A stretch of 64,000 bases of DNA from an uncultured Hormoscilla sp. (GTDB lineage: Bacteria > Cyanobacteriota > Cyanobacteriia > Cyanobacteriales > Desertifilaceae): contig OZ001293.3 in NCBI GenBank assembly GCA_963921275.4, positions 3,840,001 through 3,904,000 on the forward strand. The letters run 5' to 3'. Each line of letters starts with the position of its first letter. Position 1 is the first letter of the stretch. Under the pieces are notes generated by a model that did not search any database, was not told the origin of the DNA, and saw only the letters and a program-made list of their open reading frames with translations. Positions 29,226-40,463 of this stretch are shown here, in pieces. The position numbers were made by a program, and so were the translations under genes.

Positions 29226-32200
29226 GTGAACAAAGATAAAAAAAATATAGAAACCATATATCCGCTTTCTCCCATGCAGGAGGGTATCCTGTTTCATACG
29301 CTTTACAGGCCAGAATCGGAAATATACTTTCAGCAATTAAACTTGACATTGCAGGGAAATCTCAATGTAGTAGCGTTCCAGCAGGCGTGGGAGAGAGTAG
29401 TAGAAAGACATGCAGCATTGCGGACTCTATTTCTCTGGGAAAATAGGGAAAAGCCCCTGCAAGTAGTGGTAAAGTCAGTAAAAATGCCTTGGCAAAACCT
29501 AGACTGGCAGTCACTGCCCTTTGCAGAAAAACAAGAGGGTTTGCAAGCTTTCAAGCAAGCAGAATTGGAGCAGCAGGTACCGCTGAATCAAACCCCGCTG
29601 ATGCGTTGGACGTTAATTCAGTTGCAAGCAGATTGCTATGAATTAGTATGGTCTCACCATCATCTGGTGACGGATGGTTGGAGTCTGTCCGTTATCCTGC
29701 AAGAAGTATTGGCTTTCTATCAGGCGATCGATGCAGGCAAAGATATCTCCTTGGCACCGGTGCGTCCCTACCGGGATTATATTGCTTGGTTGCAGAAACA
29801 GGACTTGACTCAAGCGAAGGTCTTCTGGCAAAAAAGTCTGGATGGGTTCGCAGCTCCGACTCCTTTGGTCGTAGACCGTCGCCTCCCCCACCACAGGGCT
29901 TTAGAAAAGTCAGCATACGCAGAAGGGTATTTATCAGCAAAGACGACCGCAGCATTACAGTTACTGGCAAAGGCAAATGCTTTTACTTTAAATACGATCG
30001 TGCAAGGGGCCTGGGCACTGCTGCTCAGTCGCTATAGTGGAGAGTCAGACATTCTCTTTGGAGCGACGGTTTCTGGTCGGACTCCAACCTTGTCAGGAAT
30101 AGAATCAATGGTAGGGCTGTTTATTAATACAGTCCCGGTGCGAGTCGAAGTACCGGCAGCAGGACAATTATTACCTTGGTTGCAACAGTTGTTCTCTCAA
30201 CAAAGAGAACGAGATTTGTATTCCTACAGCCCTCTAGTAGAAATCCAAGCTAACTCGCAAGTGGCAGAAGGAATGCCTTTGTTTGAAAGCTTGTTGGTAT
30301 TTGAGAACTATCCATTAGACGAAGCATCTAAGCATAAATTTGGGGATTTAGAAATTAGCAAGGTGACGGGGGTAGAGCAAACGAATTATCCCCTGACAGC
30401 GATCGTCATTCCCGGGTCACAGCTCTTCATCAGAATTATCTACGATGCGGAGCGCTTTGAGGCGGATACGATCAGCAGGATGTTGGGGCATTTGCAAACG
30501 CTGCTAGAGGCGATCGCCAGCAACCCGTACCAACGGTTATCAGAGATTGCTCTGCTAACGAAAGCCGAAAAATATCAACTTTTAGAAGAATGGAATGATA
30601 CGAAAACTAACTATCCTGCCGACAAGTGTATTGGCAGGTTATTTGAGGAGCAAGTAGACAAGAACCCCCAGGCGATCGCCGCTATCTACGAAGACGGACA
30701 ACTCACTTATCAACAACTTAATAGCCGTGCCAATCAACTGGCACGTCACCTGCAAAGTCTGGGGGTTAAACCAGAGGTGCTAGTCGGAGTATATATCGAA
30801 CGCGGGTTAGATACGATCGTGGCGATGCTCGGCATCCTCAAAGCTGGTGGTGCTTACCTGCCCCTAGATCCCACCTATCCCCAAGAGCGCCTAGCCTATA
30901 TGATAGAAGATGCGGCCGTGTCTGTCTTGCTAACGAAATCGGAATTAACAGCAAAATTACCCTCATATCAAGTCAAAGTAGTCTGTTTAGATGATGCCAA
31001 ACTGATTAGCGATTACAGTACTGACAACCCCACAACAGCAGTAACGTCTAGCAACTTAGCCTATGTAATTTACACTTCTGGTTCTACCGGGAAACCCAAA
31101 GGGGTCGCAGTACCGCAACAGGCGATCGTCCGCTTAGTCAAGCAAACAAACTACCTACAATTAAGACAGAATGAATGCTTCGCACAAGCGTCAAATGCAA
31201 ATTTTGATGCCGCGACTTTCGAGATTTGGGGAGCTTTACTGAATGGATATAAGCTTGTAGGACTAACCAAGGAAATCATGCTCTCCCCAGAACAACTAAG
31301 AGAGCATTTGACTCGATATCAAATTACCATATTGTTTATCACGACGGCTCTTTTCAATCAATTAGTTAGCGCCCAAACCGATATCTTTACATCCCTACGA
31401 ACTATCTTGTTTGGAGGAGAAGCTATAAACCCATCCTGGGTAGAAGCGGTACTAAAAAATGGACCTCCCGAAAGATTGTTGCATGTCTACGGTCCTACAG
31501 AAAGTACCACATTTGCAACCTGGTATTTAATCAGACAGGTACCTGCTGGCGCGACTAACATCCCTATAGGTCGTCCCCTCTCCAATACAACCCTTTACGT
31601 TTTGGATCCTCACCAGCAACCGGTCCCGATCGGAGTTCCCGGAGAATTGTATATCGGCGGAGACGGTTTAGCACGGGGTTACTTAAATCGTCCGGAATTG
31701 ACGCAGCAAAAGTTTGTAGCGAACCCGTTTAGCATTAACCCAAGTCGCCTTTACAAAACGGGGGACTTAGTCGGTTACCTCCCCGACGGAAACATTGAGT
31801 TTATGGGGAGAATAGACAAGCAAGTAAAAATACGCGGTTTTCGCATTGAACTTGGAGAAATCGAGTCGGTCCTCTCGGGACATAATGCGGTGCAAAAATC
31901 TGTAGTTGTCGTCAGAGAAGATGATGGGAAAGATCGGCATTTAGTTGCTTATATTGTTCTTAATGAGGCGAAGAATAGCTTACAACAAAATGAATTAATA
32001 CAGGAATTGCAGTTTTATCTCAAGCAAAAACTGCCCAATTTCATGCTCCCCAGCTTTTATGTCTGCCTGGAGGACCTGCCACTTACTCCTAATGGTAAAA
32101 TCAATCGAGACGCTCTTCCTCCTCCAGACCCCAAGACTCAGTTGAAGGCGATCTATGTTGAACCCAAAACTGATACAGAAAAACGTATTGCAGCGATCTG

Positions 32201-32453
32201 GCAAGAGTTGCTGTCAGTTGACAAAGTGGGAATTGATGATAATTTCTTTAATTTAGGAGGACATTCTCTCCTGGCCACCCAAATGATTTCTCGACTGCGA
32301 GCAGCTTTTGAGATAGACTTGCCTCTGCGGACTGTGTTTGATCGCCCCACCGTCGCAGCATTGGCAAGCGTTATTACGGAACGCCTGCTGGCAGAAGCGG
32401 AAAGCGATGCTTTAGAAAATATTCTGGCTGAAGTTGAGCAACTTGAGTTGTGA
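29226..32453 (+). CDS. NRPS module 3: C(DCL-like)-A(Ile)-T
   Basis: IYPLSPMQEG start, HHHLVTDGWS, manual code DAFFLGVTFK, T motif GGHSL. Confidence 0.93.
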   Translation: MNKDKKNIETIYPLSPMQEGILFHTLYRPESEIYFQQLNLTLQGNLNVVAFQQAWERVVERHAALRTLFLWENREKPLQVVVKSVKMPWQNLDWQSLPFAEKQEGLQAFKQAELEQQVPLNQTPLMRWTLIQLQADCYELVWSHHHLVTDGWSLSVILQEVLAFYQAIDAGKDISLAPVRPYRDYIAWLQKQDLTQAKVFWQKSLDGFAAPTPLVVDRRLPHHRALEKSAYAEGYLSAKTTAALQLLAKANAFTLNTIVQGAWALLLSRYSGESDILFGATVSGRTPTLSGIESMVGLFINTVPVRVEVPAAGQLLPWLQQLFSQQRERDLYSYSPLVEIQANSQVAEGMPLFESLLVFENYPLDEASKHKFGDLEISKVTGVEQTNYPLTAIVIPGSQLFIRIIYDAERFEADTISRMLGHLQTLLEAIASNPYQRLSEIALLTKAEKYQLLEEWNDTKTNYPADKCIGRLFEEQVDKNPQAIAAIYEDGQLTYQQLNSRANQLARHLQSLGVKPEVLVGVYIERGLDTIVAMLGILKAGGAYLPLDPTYPQERLAYMIEDAAVSVLLTKSELTAKLPSYQVKVVCLDDAKLISDYSTDNPTTAVTSSNLAYVIYTSGSTGKPKGVAVPQQAIVRLVKQTNYLQLRQNECFAQASNANFDAATFEIWGALLNGYKLVGLTKEIMLSPEQLREHLTRYQITILFITTALFNQLVSAQTDIFTSLRTILFGGEAINPSWVEAVLKNGPPERLLHVYGPTESTTFATWYLIRQVPAGATNIPIGRPLSNTTLYVLDPHQQPVPIGVPGELYIGGDGLARGYLNRPELTQQKFVANPFSINPSRLYKTGDLVGYLPDGNIEFMGRIDKQVKIRGFRIELGEIESVLSGHNAVQKSVVVVREDDGKDRHLVAYIVLNEAKNSLQQNELIQELQFYLKQKLPNFMLPSFYVCLEDLPLTPNGKINRDALPPPDPKTQLKAIYVEPKTDTEKRIAAIWQELLSVDKVGIDDNFFNLGGHSLLATQMISRLRAAFEIDLPLRTVFDRPTVAALASVITERLLAEAESDALENILAEVEQLEL

Positions 32454-32490
32454 ATTGAGATGGTGTGAGAAGATTTGGAGAAAAATTATC

Positions 32491-34323
32491 GTGAAGATAT
32501 TAGGGATTTCAGCATATTATCACGACAGTGCCGCCGCTTTAGTATTTGATGGCGAGATCCAAGCAGCTGCGCAAGAAGAACGCTTTTCTCGTCAGAAACA
32601 TGATGCGAGATTTCCCAAACAGGCGATCGCATTTTGCCTGCAAGCAGCTGAAGTTAAGCTGCAAGACTTAGATTTTATCGCCTTCTACGAAAAACCTTTA
32701 ATCACCTTCGATCGCTTGCTGGAAACCTATCTTGCTTATGCGCCCAAAGGATTTCTTTCTTTTATCCCAGCGATGTCAGTTTGGTTGAAAGAAAAACTGT
32801 ACTTGAAAGGTATATTAAAAAAAGAGTTGGCGAAATTGGGAGATTGTCAGCGATCGCAAGTTCCGCCTTTGCTGTTCTCAGAGCATCATCAATCTCATGC
32901 TGCTTCGGCTTTTTTTCCGAGTCCCTTTGAGCGAGCAGCAGTTCTGTGTCTTGACGCTGTGGGGGAATGGGCGACAACTTCTTGCTGGTTGGGAGCGGGA
33001 AATCAACTGACGCCAGAATGGGAAATCAACTTTCCTCATTCTCTAGGAATGCTTTATTCCGCCTTCACCTACTACATCGGGTTTAAGGTTAACTCTGGAG
33101 AATATAAACTCATGGGACTGGCCCCCTATGGGGAACCCAAATATGTAGACTTAATCTTCGATAATCTGTTGGACCTCAAGGCTGATGGAACTTTTCAACT
33201 AAATATGGATTACTTTGATTACACTACAGGTCTGAAAATGACCAAGGAGAAGTTCCATCAGCTTTTTGGCGGTCTCCCTCGTCAACCAGAGAGTAAACTA
33301 ACTCAACGAGAGTGCGATATTGCTGCTTCCATTCAAAAAGTTACAGAAACAGTGGTGTTGCGTTTAGCCGAGAAAGTCCATCAAGATTCTGGTGAAGATT
33401 ATTTATGTTTAGCAGGTGGTGTGGCCCTTAATTGCGTAGCCAATGGTAGAGTGTTGCGAGAAGGCCCTTTCCAGGATATTTGGATTCAACCAGCATCTGG
33501 CGATGCTGGTGGATCTATCGGCGCAGCTTTATCAGTTTGGCATCAGTACTGCTCCCAACCTCGTGTTGTTAATGGTGCCGATAAAATGCAAGGTGCTTAC
33601 CTAGGGCCGGAGTTTGAGGAAACGGAAATTGTCGATTATTTAGAACGGGTTGGTACTAGATACAATCGGTTAGCAGACGAGGAGCTTTTTTCTAGCGTGG
33701 CAGAACTTTTAGCTGCCGAAAATGTGGTAGGCTGGTTTCAAGGTCGGATGGAGTTTGGTCCTCGGGCCCTGGGGAACCGATCGATTATTGGCGACCCGCG
33801 CAGCCCCAAGATGCAGTCGGTGATGAATCTGAAAATTAAATATCGAGAATCATTCCGCCCTTTTGCGCCTTCAGTCCTAGCTGAACGTGTTTCTGATTAC
33901 TTTGAAATCGATCGCGCCAGTCCCTATATGTCCTTGGTAGCACCGGTGAAAGAATACTTGCATTTACCAACTTCTGCTGCACAACAAGAACTTTTTGGCA
34001 TTGACAAGTTGCAGGTACCGCGTTCGACTATTCCCGCTGTTACCCATGTAGATTATTCGGCTCGCATTCAAACGGTTCACAAAGAGACAAATCACCGTTA
34101 TTATCAGCTAATATCGCATTTTGAACGCCAAGCAGGAATAGCAGTTATAATAAATACTTCCTTTAATGTTAGAAGTGAACCGATCGTCTGTACGCCAGAA
34201 GATGCATACAATTGCTTTATGAACACGGAAATGGACTATCTGGTGTTAGGAAATTTGTTGTTGGCTAAGTCAGATCAGCCTCAAGATAATAAAGTTGGAA
34301 AAAAACAGTTTGAGTTGGATTGA
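32491..34323 (+). CDS. O-carbamoyltransferase, NodU/CmcH family (SxtI-like)
   Basis: KILGISAYYHDSAAAL, EHHQSHAASAF, GEYKLMGLAPYG, AGGVALNCVANG, EFGPRALGNRS, NTSFNVR. GTG start at 32491 follows GGAG. Confidence 0.93.
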   Translation: MKILGISAYYHDSAAALVFDGEIQAAAQEERFSRQKHDARFPKQAIAFCLQAAEVKLQDLDFIAFYEKPLITFDRLLETYLAYAPKGFLSFIPAMSVWLKEKLYLKGILKKELAKLGDCQRSQVPPLLFSEHHQSHAASAFFPSPFERAAVLCLDAVGEWATTSCWLGAGNQLTPEWEINFPHSLGMLYSAFTYYIGFKVNSGEYKLMGLAPYGEPKYVDLIFDNLLDLKADGTFQLNMDYFDYTTGLKMTKEKFHQLFGGLPRQPESKLTQRECDIAASIQKVTETVVLRLAEKVHQDSGEDYLCLAGGVALNCVANGRVLREGPFQDIWIQPASGDAGGSIGAALSVWHQYCSQPRVVNGADKMQGAYLGPEFEETEIVDYLERVGTRYNRLADEELFSSVAELLAAENVVGWFQGRMEFGPRALGNRSIIGDPRSPKMQSVMNLKIKYRESFRPFAPSVLAERVSDYFEIDRASPYMSLVAPVKEYLHLPTSAAQQELFGIDKLQVPRSTIPAVTHVDYSARIQTVHKETNHRYYQLISHFERQAGIAVIINTSFNVRSEPIVCTPEDAYNCFMNTEMDYLVLGNLLLAKSDQPQDNKVGKKQFELD

Positions 34324-34347
34324 AATAAGTAGGAAGGAACGGGTAAA

Positions 34348-34512
34348 ATGATAGAAACAGTCATGGAATTATTCAAGGATATGTCGGGATTTTTGAATGA
34401 GCGGAAGAAATATTGGCTAGTGCCACTGATAATAACTCTGATGTCAGTGGGTGGTCTCATAATTTTTGCTCAAGGATCCGCGATCGCGCCGTTTATCTAC
34501 ACTCTATTTTAA
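34348..34512 (+). CDS. Small membrane protein, SxtK-like/DUF5989 (54 aa, below the ORF-track cutoff)
   Basis: Manual translation MIETVMELFKDMSGFLNERKKYWLVPLIITLMSVGGLIIFAQGSAIAPFIYTLF, with the RKKYWL and APFIYTLF signatures. Confidence 0.88.
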   Translation: MIETVMELFKDMSGFLNERKKYWLVPLIITLMSVGGLIIFAQGSAIAPFIYTLF

Positions 34513-34519
34513 GAAAATC

Positions 34520-35707
34520 ATGAAAAATGTTGTCAAAATTATCATAGTCAATATTGCCATCACTTTGCTTTTGCTCTTCGCTGTGAATTTTGTGAGCGAG
34601 GCGGTCCTGCTTATTTATGGACTAGCGGAACAGTATGCGATCGCCAATCAGGTTGACGAACGAGCTAATTTGCCTAATTATGTGGATGATAGAGATACAG
34701 CTAAACTGCATTTTCAGGAATCAAACCAATTATTAACTCAGTTTGAACCCTTTATTGGTTGGTCGAGAAAACCGTTTCAGGGAAAGACAATTAATATAGA
34801 CGCAAAAGGCGATCGCATCCACAAAAATGAGCGCAAAGATGAGGCAAACGTCCAAGAGTTGGTTCCGTCCATACATTTTCTGGGCGGTTCAACAATGTGG
34901 GGAACTGGAGTGTCAGATGCAGAAACGATTCCAGCTTTATTTAATCAAATATCAGGGATTGCTACTTTTAATAAAGCTGAGATTAACTTCACATCTCGCC
35001 AGTCTCTGGAGAGATTGATAAACATTTTAACATTTGAAAAAGAAAGAATAAATGCAGTAATATTTTATGATGGTGTTAACGATATTCTGAATTTATGTAG
35101 AAGCGAAAATCAAGTAGGAGAATACGGATATGCGAGCCATATTAAAAACAAGATAAACAGGAATATTGATAAATCACCAGCAAATCAAATAGGGAAATAT
35201 CTAGACTTGAAATTATGGCGGGGAACGAGAAGTTTAATAGATTTAGTAATGAACCAACCAGCTAGAATGAATTATAACTGGTATCGGACAATGAATTGCG
35301 ACGATCGGCCCCTCAAAGCACGGCAAATAGCATCAGCACTGGTCGAGAATTGGGAAATAGGCCACGATCTAGCCAGTGCGCGAGGAATAAAATTTCTAGC
35401 AATACTTCAACCGGTTGCTTTTAGAGGAAACCCCAAACTAGATTATTTACATTTGGATTCAGGGGTGGATAATGAATTAAGGAAGCAATACCAAGCAGTT
35501 TATCCACTCGTTCAGGCTATGATGCGAGAACGAAACCGTGACTGGCTACTAGACTACACCGATTTATTCGATCGCGACGAGGACATTTATATAGATTTCT
35601 GTCATGTATCCAAAAATGGTAATCTGATTATTGCCCGGCAAATATATGCCGATGCTCTGCACCGGTGGAGAAAAGAACCCCAAGTATTAACCATCAACAA
35701 AGAATAA
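34520..35707 (+). CDS. Membrane-anchored SGNH/GDSL hydrolase-family protein
   Basis: N-terminal TM helix, FLGGSTMWG, YDGVND, DFCH. Confidence 0.8.
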   Translation: MKNVVKIIIVNIAITLLLLFAVNFVSEAVLLIYGLAEQYAIANQVDERANLPNYVDDRDTAKLHFQESNQLLTQFEPFIGWSRKPFQGKTINIDAKGDRIHKNERKDEANVQELVPSIHFLGGSTMWGTGVSDAETIPALFNQISGIATFNKAEINFTSRQSLERLINILTFEKERINAVIFYDGVNDILNLCRSENQVGEYGYASHIKNKINRNIDKSPANQIGKYLDLKLWRGTRSLIDLVMNQPARMNYNWYRTMNCDDRPLKARQIASALVENWEIGHDLASARGIKFLAILQPVAFRGNPKLDYLHLDSGVDNELRKQYQAVYPLVQAMMRERNRDWLLDYTDLFDRDEDIYIDFCHVSKNGNLIIARQIYADALHRWRKEPQVLTINKE

Positions 35708-35717
35708 TTTACAGATT

Positions 35718-38700
35718 ATGAGCGACCTACAAAAACGTTTAGAAAAACTTTCTCCAGCTCAACGGGAACTGGTACTCAAAAAGCTGCAAGCACAAAAGCA
35801 AAACTTGAAGCCCCAAGCCAAAGTACCGGCGCGAGCGCCTGTTTCCAGAGACCAACCAATTCCGCTATCCTGGAATCAACAAAGACTGTGGTTTTTAGAG
35901 CAACTCGAAGGTAGCAGTTCTACATACAATATCCCGGCAGCAGTAGAGTTGGTGGGAGACCTCAACCTCACGGCCTTAGAGCAAGGGATCCAAGAAATTG
36001 TCCGACGCCATGAAGTCCTGCGGACAAATTTCACTTCTAAAGACGGACTCCCAGTGCAACAGATCGCCCCAGAGTTAAAGCTACACATAGCAGTTATCGA
36101 CCTCAAGTCAGATACCGAAGGGGATGAGGAAGTAAAGGAAAAAGCGATCGCCGAAGTGCAAAAGCCTTTCGATCTAGCAAAAGATCCCTTACTCCGGGTA
36201 ACTCTATTGCGGCGAGAGCCCTCCTCGCACGTCCTGTTGCTGACCATGCACCATATTATCTCTGATGGCTGGTCGATGGGGATATTAATTACAGAATTGT
36301 CACAGTTGTATCGGGCATTTTCGTTCCAAGCACCATCGCCCTTACCGGAACTACCATTTCAATATGCAGACTTTGCTGTATGGCAGCGGCAATGGTTGAG
36401 CGGAGAAACTTTAGAAACTCAACTAAATTACTGGAAAGAAACCCTCTCGGGGGCCCCGGAACTATTAGAATTACCGACAGACCTATCGCGTCCTCCCCTG
36501 CAGAAATTTCGCGGTAGCAGTATCAAATTTAACCTATCGGCAGAATTAACGAAAAAACTCCAAATTATAGCTGAAAAGTCCGAGGCCACCCTATTTATGA
36601 TTCTCTTCAGTGCTTTGGTGACTTTACTTTATCGCTATACCGCTCAAGAGGATATCTGTATCGGCACCCCGATCGCCAACCGGAACCGCGCCGAAACGGA
36701 ATCGCTAATTGGCTTTTTTATCAACACATTGGTATTGCGCGCGGACTTGACAGGAGATCCGACTTTTTCGGAGTTGATCGCGAGGGTGCGACAAAAGGCG
36801 ATCGATGCATACGATCGCCAGGACGTACCCTTCGAGCAAGTAGTAGAAGCTTTGCAACCCTCACGTTCTCTGAGCTACAGTCCCCTATTCCAGGTAATGT
36901 TTGCCTTGCAGAATGCACCGATGGGAGAATTAGAACTGCCCGGTCTGACTCTCAAACCCTTGGTCCAAGACAGCCTGACAGCCAAATTTGACCTGACAAT
37001 ATCCATGTGGGAAACAGACGCCGGACTGGCAGGATCCTGGGAATATAACAGTGACTTGTTCGATCGAGAGACGAGCGATCGCACCATCGGCCATTTCCAG
37101 ACATTGCTGGCCGGAATAGTAGCTAACCCCGACTGGCCTATAGGAGAATTACCTCTGCTGACTGCTGAGGAAAATCAACTATTCGAGTCGTGGAACAATA
37201 CTAAAACAAACTATCCGGCGGACAAATCTATTGGAGAACTATTTGAAAGGCAAGTCGAAAAGACCCCCGATGCCATAGCAGTAACCTACGGACGGGAACA
37301 ACTCACCTACAAACAGTTAAACTGCCGTGCTAACCAATTGGGACATTACCTGCAAGCTCGGGGTGTGGGCCCAGAAGTGCTAGTGGGTCTCTGCGTCGAT
37401 CGCTCCCTAGATGCGATCGTGGCCATGCTCGGCATTATCAAAGCTGGTGGCGCTTACGTGCCCATCGATCCAGACTATCCTCAAGACCGCATCGCCTATA
37501 TATTGTCAGATGCCCGAGTGCCAGTCTTGATTACTCAGTCTACGAGAAGAGCTAACTTGCCAGAACATCAGGCAGTTCTTGTCTGCTTAGATACAGACTG
37601 GCAAGAAATTAGCACCTGCAGCAGCGACAACATCAAAAGTGAAGTAAAACCCACTTCCTTAGCTTACCTGATCTATACATCTGGTTCTACAGGTAAGCCT
37701 AAAGGTGTAGCAGTGGTCCAGCAAGCCATCAGTCGTCTCGTGTTTGAGACCAACTACGTGCAGTTGCAGCCTACCGTGCCGGAAAAATCGGACTGCATGG
37801 CCCAAGCTTCTAATATCTCTTTTGATGCCGCCACTTTTGAAATTTGGGGAGCCTTGCTGCACGGAGCCAAACTCGTAGGCATTACTAAAGAAGTGCTGCT
37901 TTCACCTGAAGCATTGGCAAACCAGTTGCGCGAGCAAAAGATCGCGATTTTGTTTGTCACTACAGCCCTTTTCAATCAGTTGGTCAGTGTCGTGCCAGAT
38001 ATTTTCCAGCATCTGAGCACTCTCTTGTTCGGAGGTGAAGCGGTTGACCCATCCTGGGTAGCAACAGTCCTGGAAAAAGGACCGCCACGGCGACTGCTGC
38101 ACCTGTACGGACCAACGGAAAGCACGACATTCTCGACCTGGTATCTAGTAGAGTCAGTACCAGCAGGCGCAACCAACCTGCCCATTGGCAGTCCCATATC
38201 TAATACTACTATTTATGTCCTCGATCGCCATCTGCAACCCGTCCCCATTGGAGTCCCAGGAGAATTGTATATTGGCGGGGACGGTTTGGCTCGCGGTTAT
38301 CTGAACCGTCCGGAATTAACAGCCGCAAGATTTATCGATAACCCCTTTGGCAGTGGCCGTCTCTATAAAACAGGAGACTTGGTGCGTTACCTGCCAGATG
38401 GTAATATCGAATTTAAGGGTCGGATCGACAATCAAGTTAAGGTGCGCGGTTTCCGCATCGAACTGGGAGAAATTGAAGCCCTTTTGAGCAAGCACCCGCA
38501 AGTGCGAGAAGCAGTAGTCATAGTCCGGGAAGACCAACCGGGCAACAAGCGTCTGACAGGCTATGTACTCCCTTACTTAGAACCGCCAACTAGCAGTGCT
38601 TTGCGCGGCTTCCTGAAAGAAAGACTGCCCGAATATATGGTGCCAGCAGCTTTTGTGATTATGGAAGCCTTACCCTTAACCCCCAATGGCAAGGTGGAGC

Positions 38701-40463
38701 GCAAGGCGCTTCCAGCACCGGACGGACAAAGGGATGAAGACTCTGGTTTTGTCGCCCCCAGAACTCCTACAGAAGAAACATTGGCAGCTATCTGGAGCGA
38801 GATTTTGAGGGTTGAACGAGTAGGGGTTTGCGACAACTTCTTTGCCTTGGGTGGAGATTCGATCGTTAGCATTCAAATTATCGCTAGGGCCAATCAAGCG
38901 GGTTTGAAGTTGACACCCAAACAGCTATTCCAGTATCAGACGATCGCCGAATTGGCAGCAGTGGCCAGCACGACTGCCGCGAGACAAGCGACACAGGGTT
39001 TGGTGACGGGTTCGGCCCCCCTGACTCCCATTCAACATTGGTTTTTCCAGCAGGATTTACCCGCACCTCATCACTTCAATCAATCAGTCCTGTTGTCGGT
39101 GCCTCCAGACTTGCAGCCGCAGCTTTTAGAACAGGCTGTTCAAAAAATCTTAAGCCATCACGATGCCCTGCGATCGCGATTTATCGCCTCTGACACCGGT
39201 TGGCAGCAAGTTTATGCTACCCCAGACGAACAGATACCTTTCCAAGTCGCGGATCTGTCCGCTATTCCCCTCGCAGAACAGTCAGGACAGATGGAGGCGA
39301 TCGCGAATGAAATTCAAGCGAGTTTGCACCTGTCATCGGGACCGATAATGCGAGTGGTGCTGTTTCAGTTGGGGAGCGATCGGCCTGGTAGAATGCTAAT
39401 AGTCATCCATCACTTAGCAGTTGATGGCGTGTCCTGGCGCATTCTGCTAGAAGACTTGTCAACCGCTTACCAGCAGGAGGCCCTTCCGCCCAAAACTACC
39501 TCTTTCCAAGATTGGGCTAACCTGTTGACTGAATACGCGCGAACCGTTCCGGAAAAATCGGAAACAATCTCCAAAGAGTTAAACTACTGGCTAACCCAGT
39601 CGAGCACCAATATTGATTCGATCCCGGTGGACTATCCCGAGGGCAAGCAGGCCAACAGTTTTGGCTCCAGTCGCACGGTATCGGTATCATTAACGGAGGC
39701 AGAAACTCGGATCTTGCTGCAAGAAGTACCCAAGGCTTATAATACTCAGATTAATGACGTGCTGCTGACGGCATTAGTACTCAGCTTTGCCAAATGTACT
39801 GGCAGTAAATCATTGTTGGTGGACTTAGAAGGCCACGGCAGGGAAGAATTATTTGCCGATAGCGCCAGCGTAGACTTATCCCGGACTGTGGGTTGGTTTA
39901 CAACTTGTTTTCCGGTATCCTTGCAACTGGAGTCCGTTGACGATCTCTCTGATGCACTTAAATCGATCAAAGAGCAGCTGCGGAGCATACCTTCTAAAGG
40001 AATTGGTTATGGCCTCCTGCGCTATCTCAGTTCCGATGCGGCCACCCGCCAGACACTGGCAGATCAAACCCCATCTGAAATTAGTTTTAACTATTTAGGT
40101 CAATTTGCCGCTTCTAATGGGTTGCGATCGGGTACGATGGCATGGGGTATAGTGAGGGAAGCAACCGGCGAAAATCACAGTCCATTAGGTATTCGCGCTC
40201 ATCTACTGGATGTTAACGGATTAGTAGTTGCCGGACGGCTGCAAATGGATTATATTTACAGTGAAAACGTTCATCAACGAACAACTGTCGAACGCCTGGC
40301 TAAAACCTTTATAGAGACCTTAAAGTCCCTGAGCGACCACTGCACAGCACCGGAGGTGGGAGGCGATACCGCTTCAGACTTCTCGGCAGCAAGGTTAAAT
40401 CAACAACAGCTAGACAGTTTCCTGGCCAAAATCAAGAAACCCAAATCTGAGAAGAAAAAATAA
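35718..40463 (+). CDS. NRPS module 4: C(LCL-like)-A(Ile-like)-T-E
   Basis: HHIISDGWS, manual code DAFFLGLTFK, T motif GGDSI, E domain HHLAVDGVSW and EGHGRE. Confidence 0.93.
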   Translation: MSDLQKRLEKLSPAQRELVLKKLQAQKQNLKPQAKVPARAPVSRDQPIPLSWNQQRLWFLEQLEGSSSTYNIPAAVELVGDLNLTALEQGIQEIVRRHEVLRTNFTSKDGLPVQQIAPELKLHIAVIDLKSDTEGDEEVKEKAIAEVQKPFDLAKDPLLRVTLLRREPSSHVLLLTMHHIISDGWSMGILITELSQLYRAFSFQAPSPLPELPFQYADFAVWQRQWLSGETLETQLNYWKETLSGAPELLELPTDLSRPPLQKFRGSSIKFNLSAELTKKLQIIAEKSEATLFMILFSALVTLLYRYTAQEDICIGTPIANRNRAETESLIGFFINTLVLRADLTGDPTFSELIARVRQKAIDAYDRQDVPFEQVVEALQPSRSLSYSPLFQVMFALQNAPMGELELPGLTLKPLVQDSLTAKFDLTISMWETDAGLAGSWEYNSDLFDRETSDRTIGHFQTLLAGIVANPDWPIGELPLLTAEENQLFESWNNTKTNYPADKSIGELFERQVEKTPDAIAVTYGREQLTYKQLNCRANQLGHYLQARGVGPEVLVGLCVDRSLDAIVAMLGIIKAGGAYVPIDPDYPQDRIAYILSDARVPVLITQSTRRANLPEHQAVLVCLDTDWQEISTCSSDNIKSEVKPTSLAYLIYTSGSTGKPKGVAVVQQAISRLVFETNYVQLQPTVPEKSDCMAQASNISFDAATFEIWGALLHGAKLVGITKEVLLSPEALANQLREQKIAILFVTTALFNQLVSVVPDIFQHLSTLLFGGEAVDPSWVATVLEKGPPRRLLHLYGPTESTTFSTWYLVESVPAGATNLPIGSPISNTTIYVLDRHLQPVPIGVPGELYIGGDGLARGYLNRPELTAARFIDNPFGSGRLYKTGDLVRYLPDGNIEFKGRIDNQVKVRGFRIELGEIEALLSKHPQVREAVVIVREDQPGNKRLTGYVLPYLEPPTSSALRGFLKERLPEYMVPAAFVIMEALPLTPNGKVERKALPAPDGQRDEDSGFVAPRTPTEETLAAIWSEILRVERVGVCDNFFALGGDSIVSIQIIARANQAGLKLTPKQLFQYQTIAELAAVASTTAARQATQGLVTGSAPLTPIQHWFFQQDLPAPHHFNQSVLLSVPPDLQPQLLEQAVQKILSHHDALRSRFIASDTGWQQVYATPDEQIPFQVADLSAIPLAEQSGQMEAIANEIQASLHLSSGPIMRVVLFQLGSDRPGRMLIVIHHLAVDGVSWRILLEDLSTAYQQEALPPKTTSFQDWANLLTEYARTVPEKSETISKELNYWLTQSSTNIDSIPVDYPEGKQANSFGSSRTVSVSLTEAETRILLQEVPKAYNTQINDVLLTALVLSFAKCTGSKSLLVDLEGHGREELFADSASVDLSRTVGWFTTCFPVSLQLESVDDLSDALKSIKEQLRSIPSKGIGYGLLRYLSSDAATRQTLADQTPSEISFNYLGQFAASNGLRSGTMAWGIVREATGENHSPLGIRAHLLDVNGLVVAGRLQMDYIYSENVHQRTTVERLAKTFIETLKSLSDHCTAPEVGGDTASDFSAARLNQQQLDSFLAKIKKPKSEKKK

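Noticed and set aside
32491..35707. Saxitoxin gene cluster
   Set aside because: Only sxtI/K/L-like genes are present; no sxtA, sxtG or other core genes.
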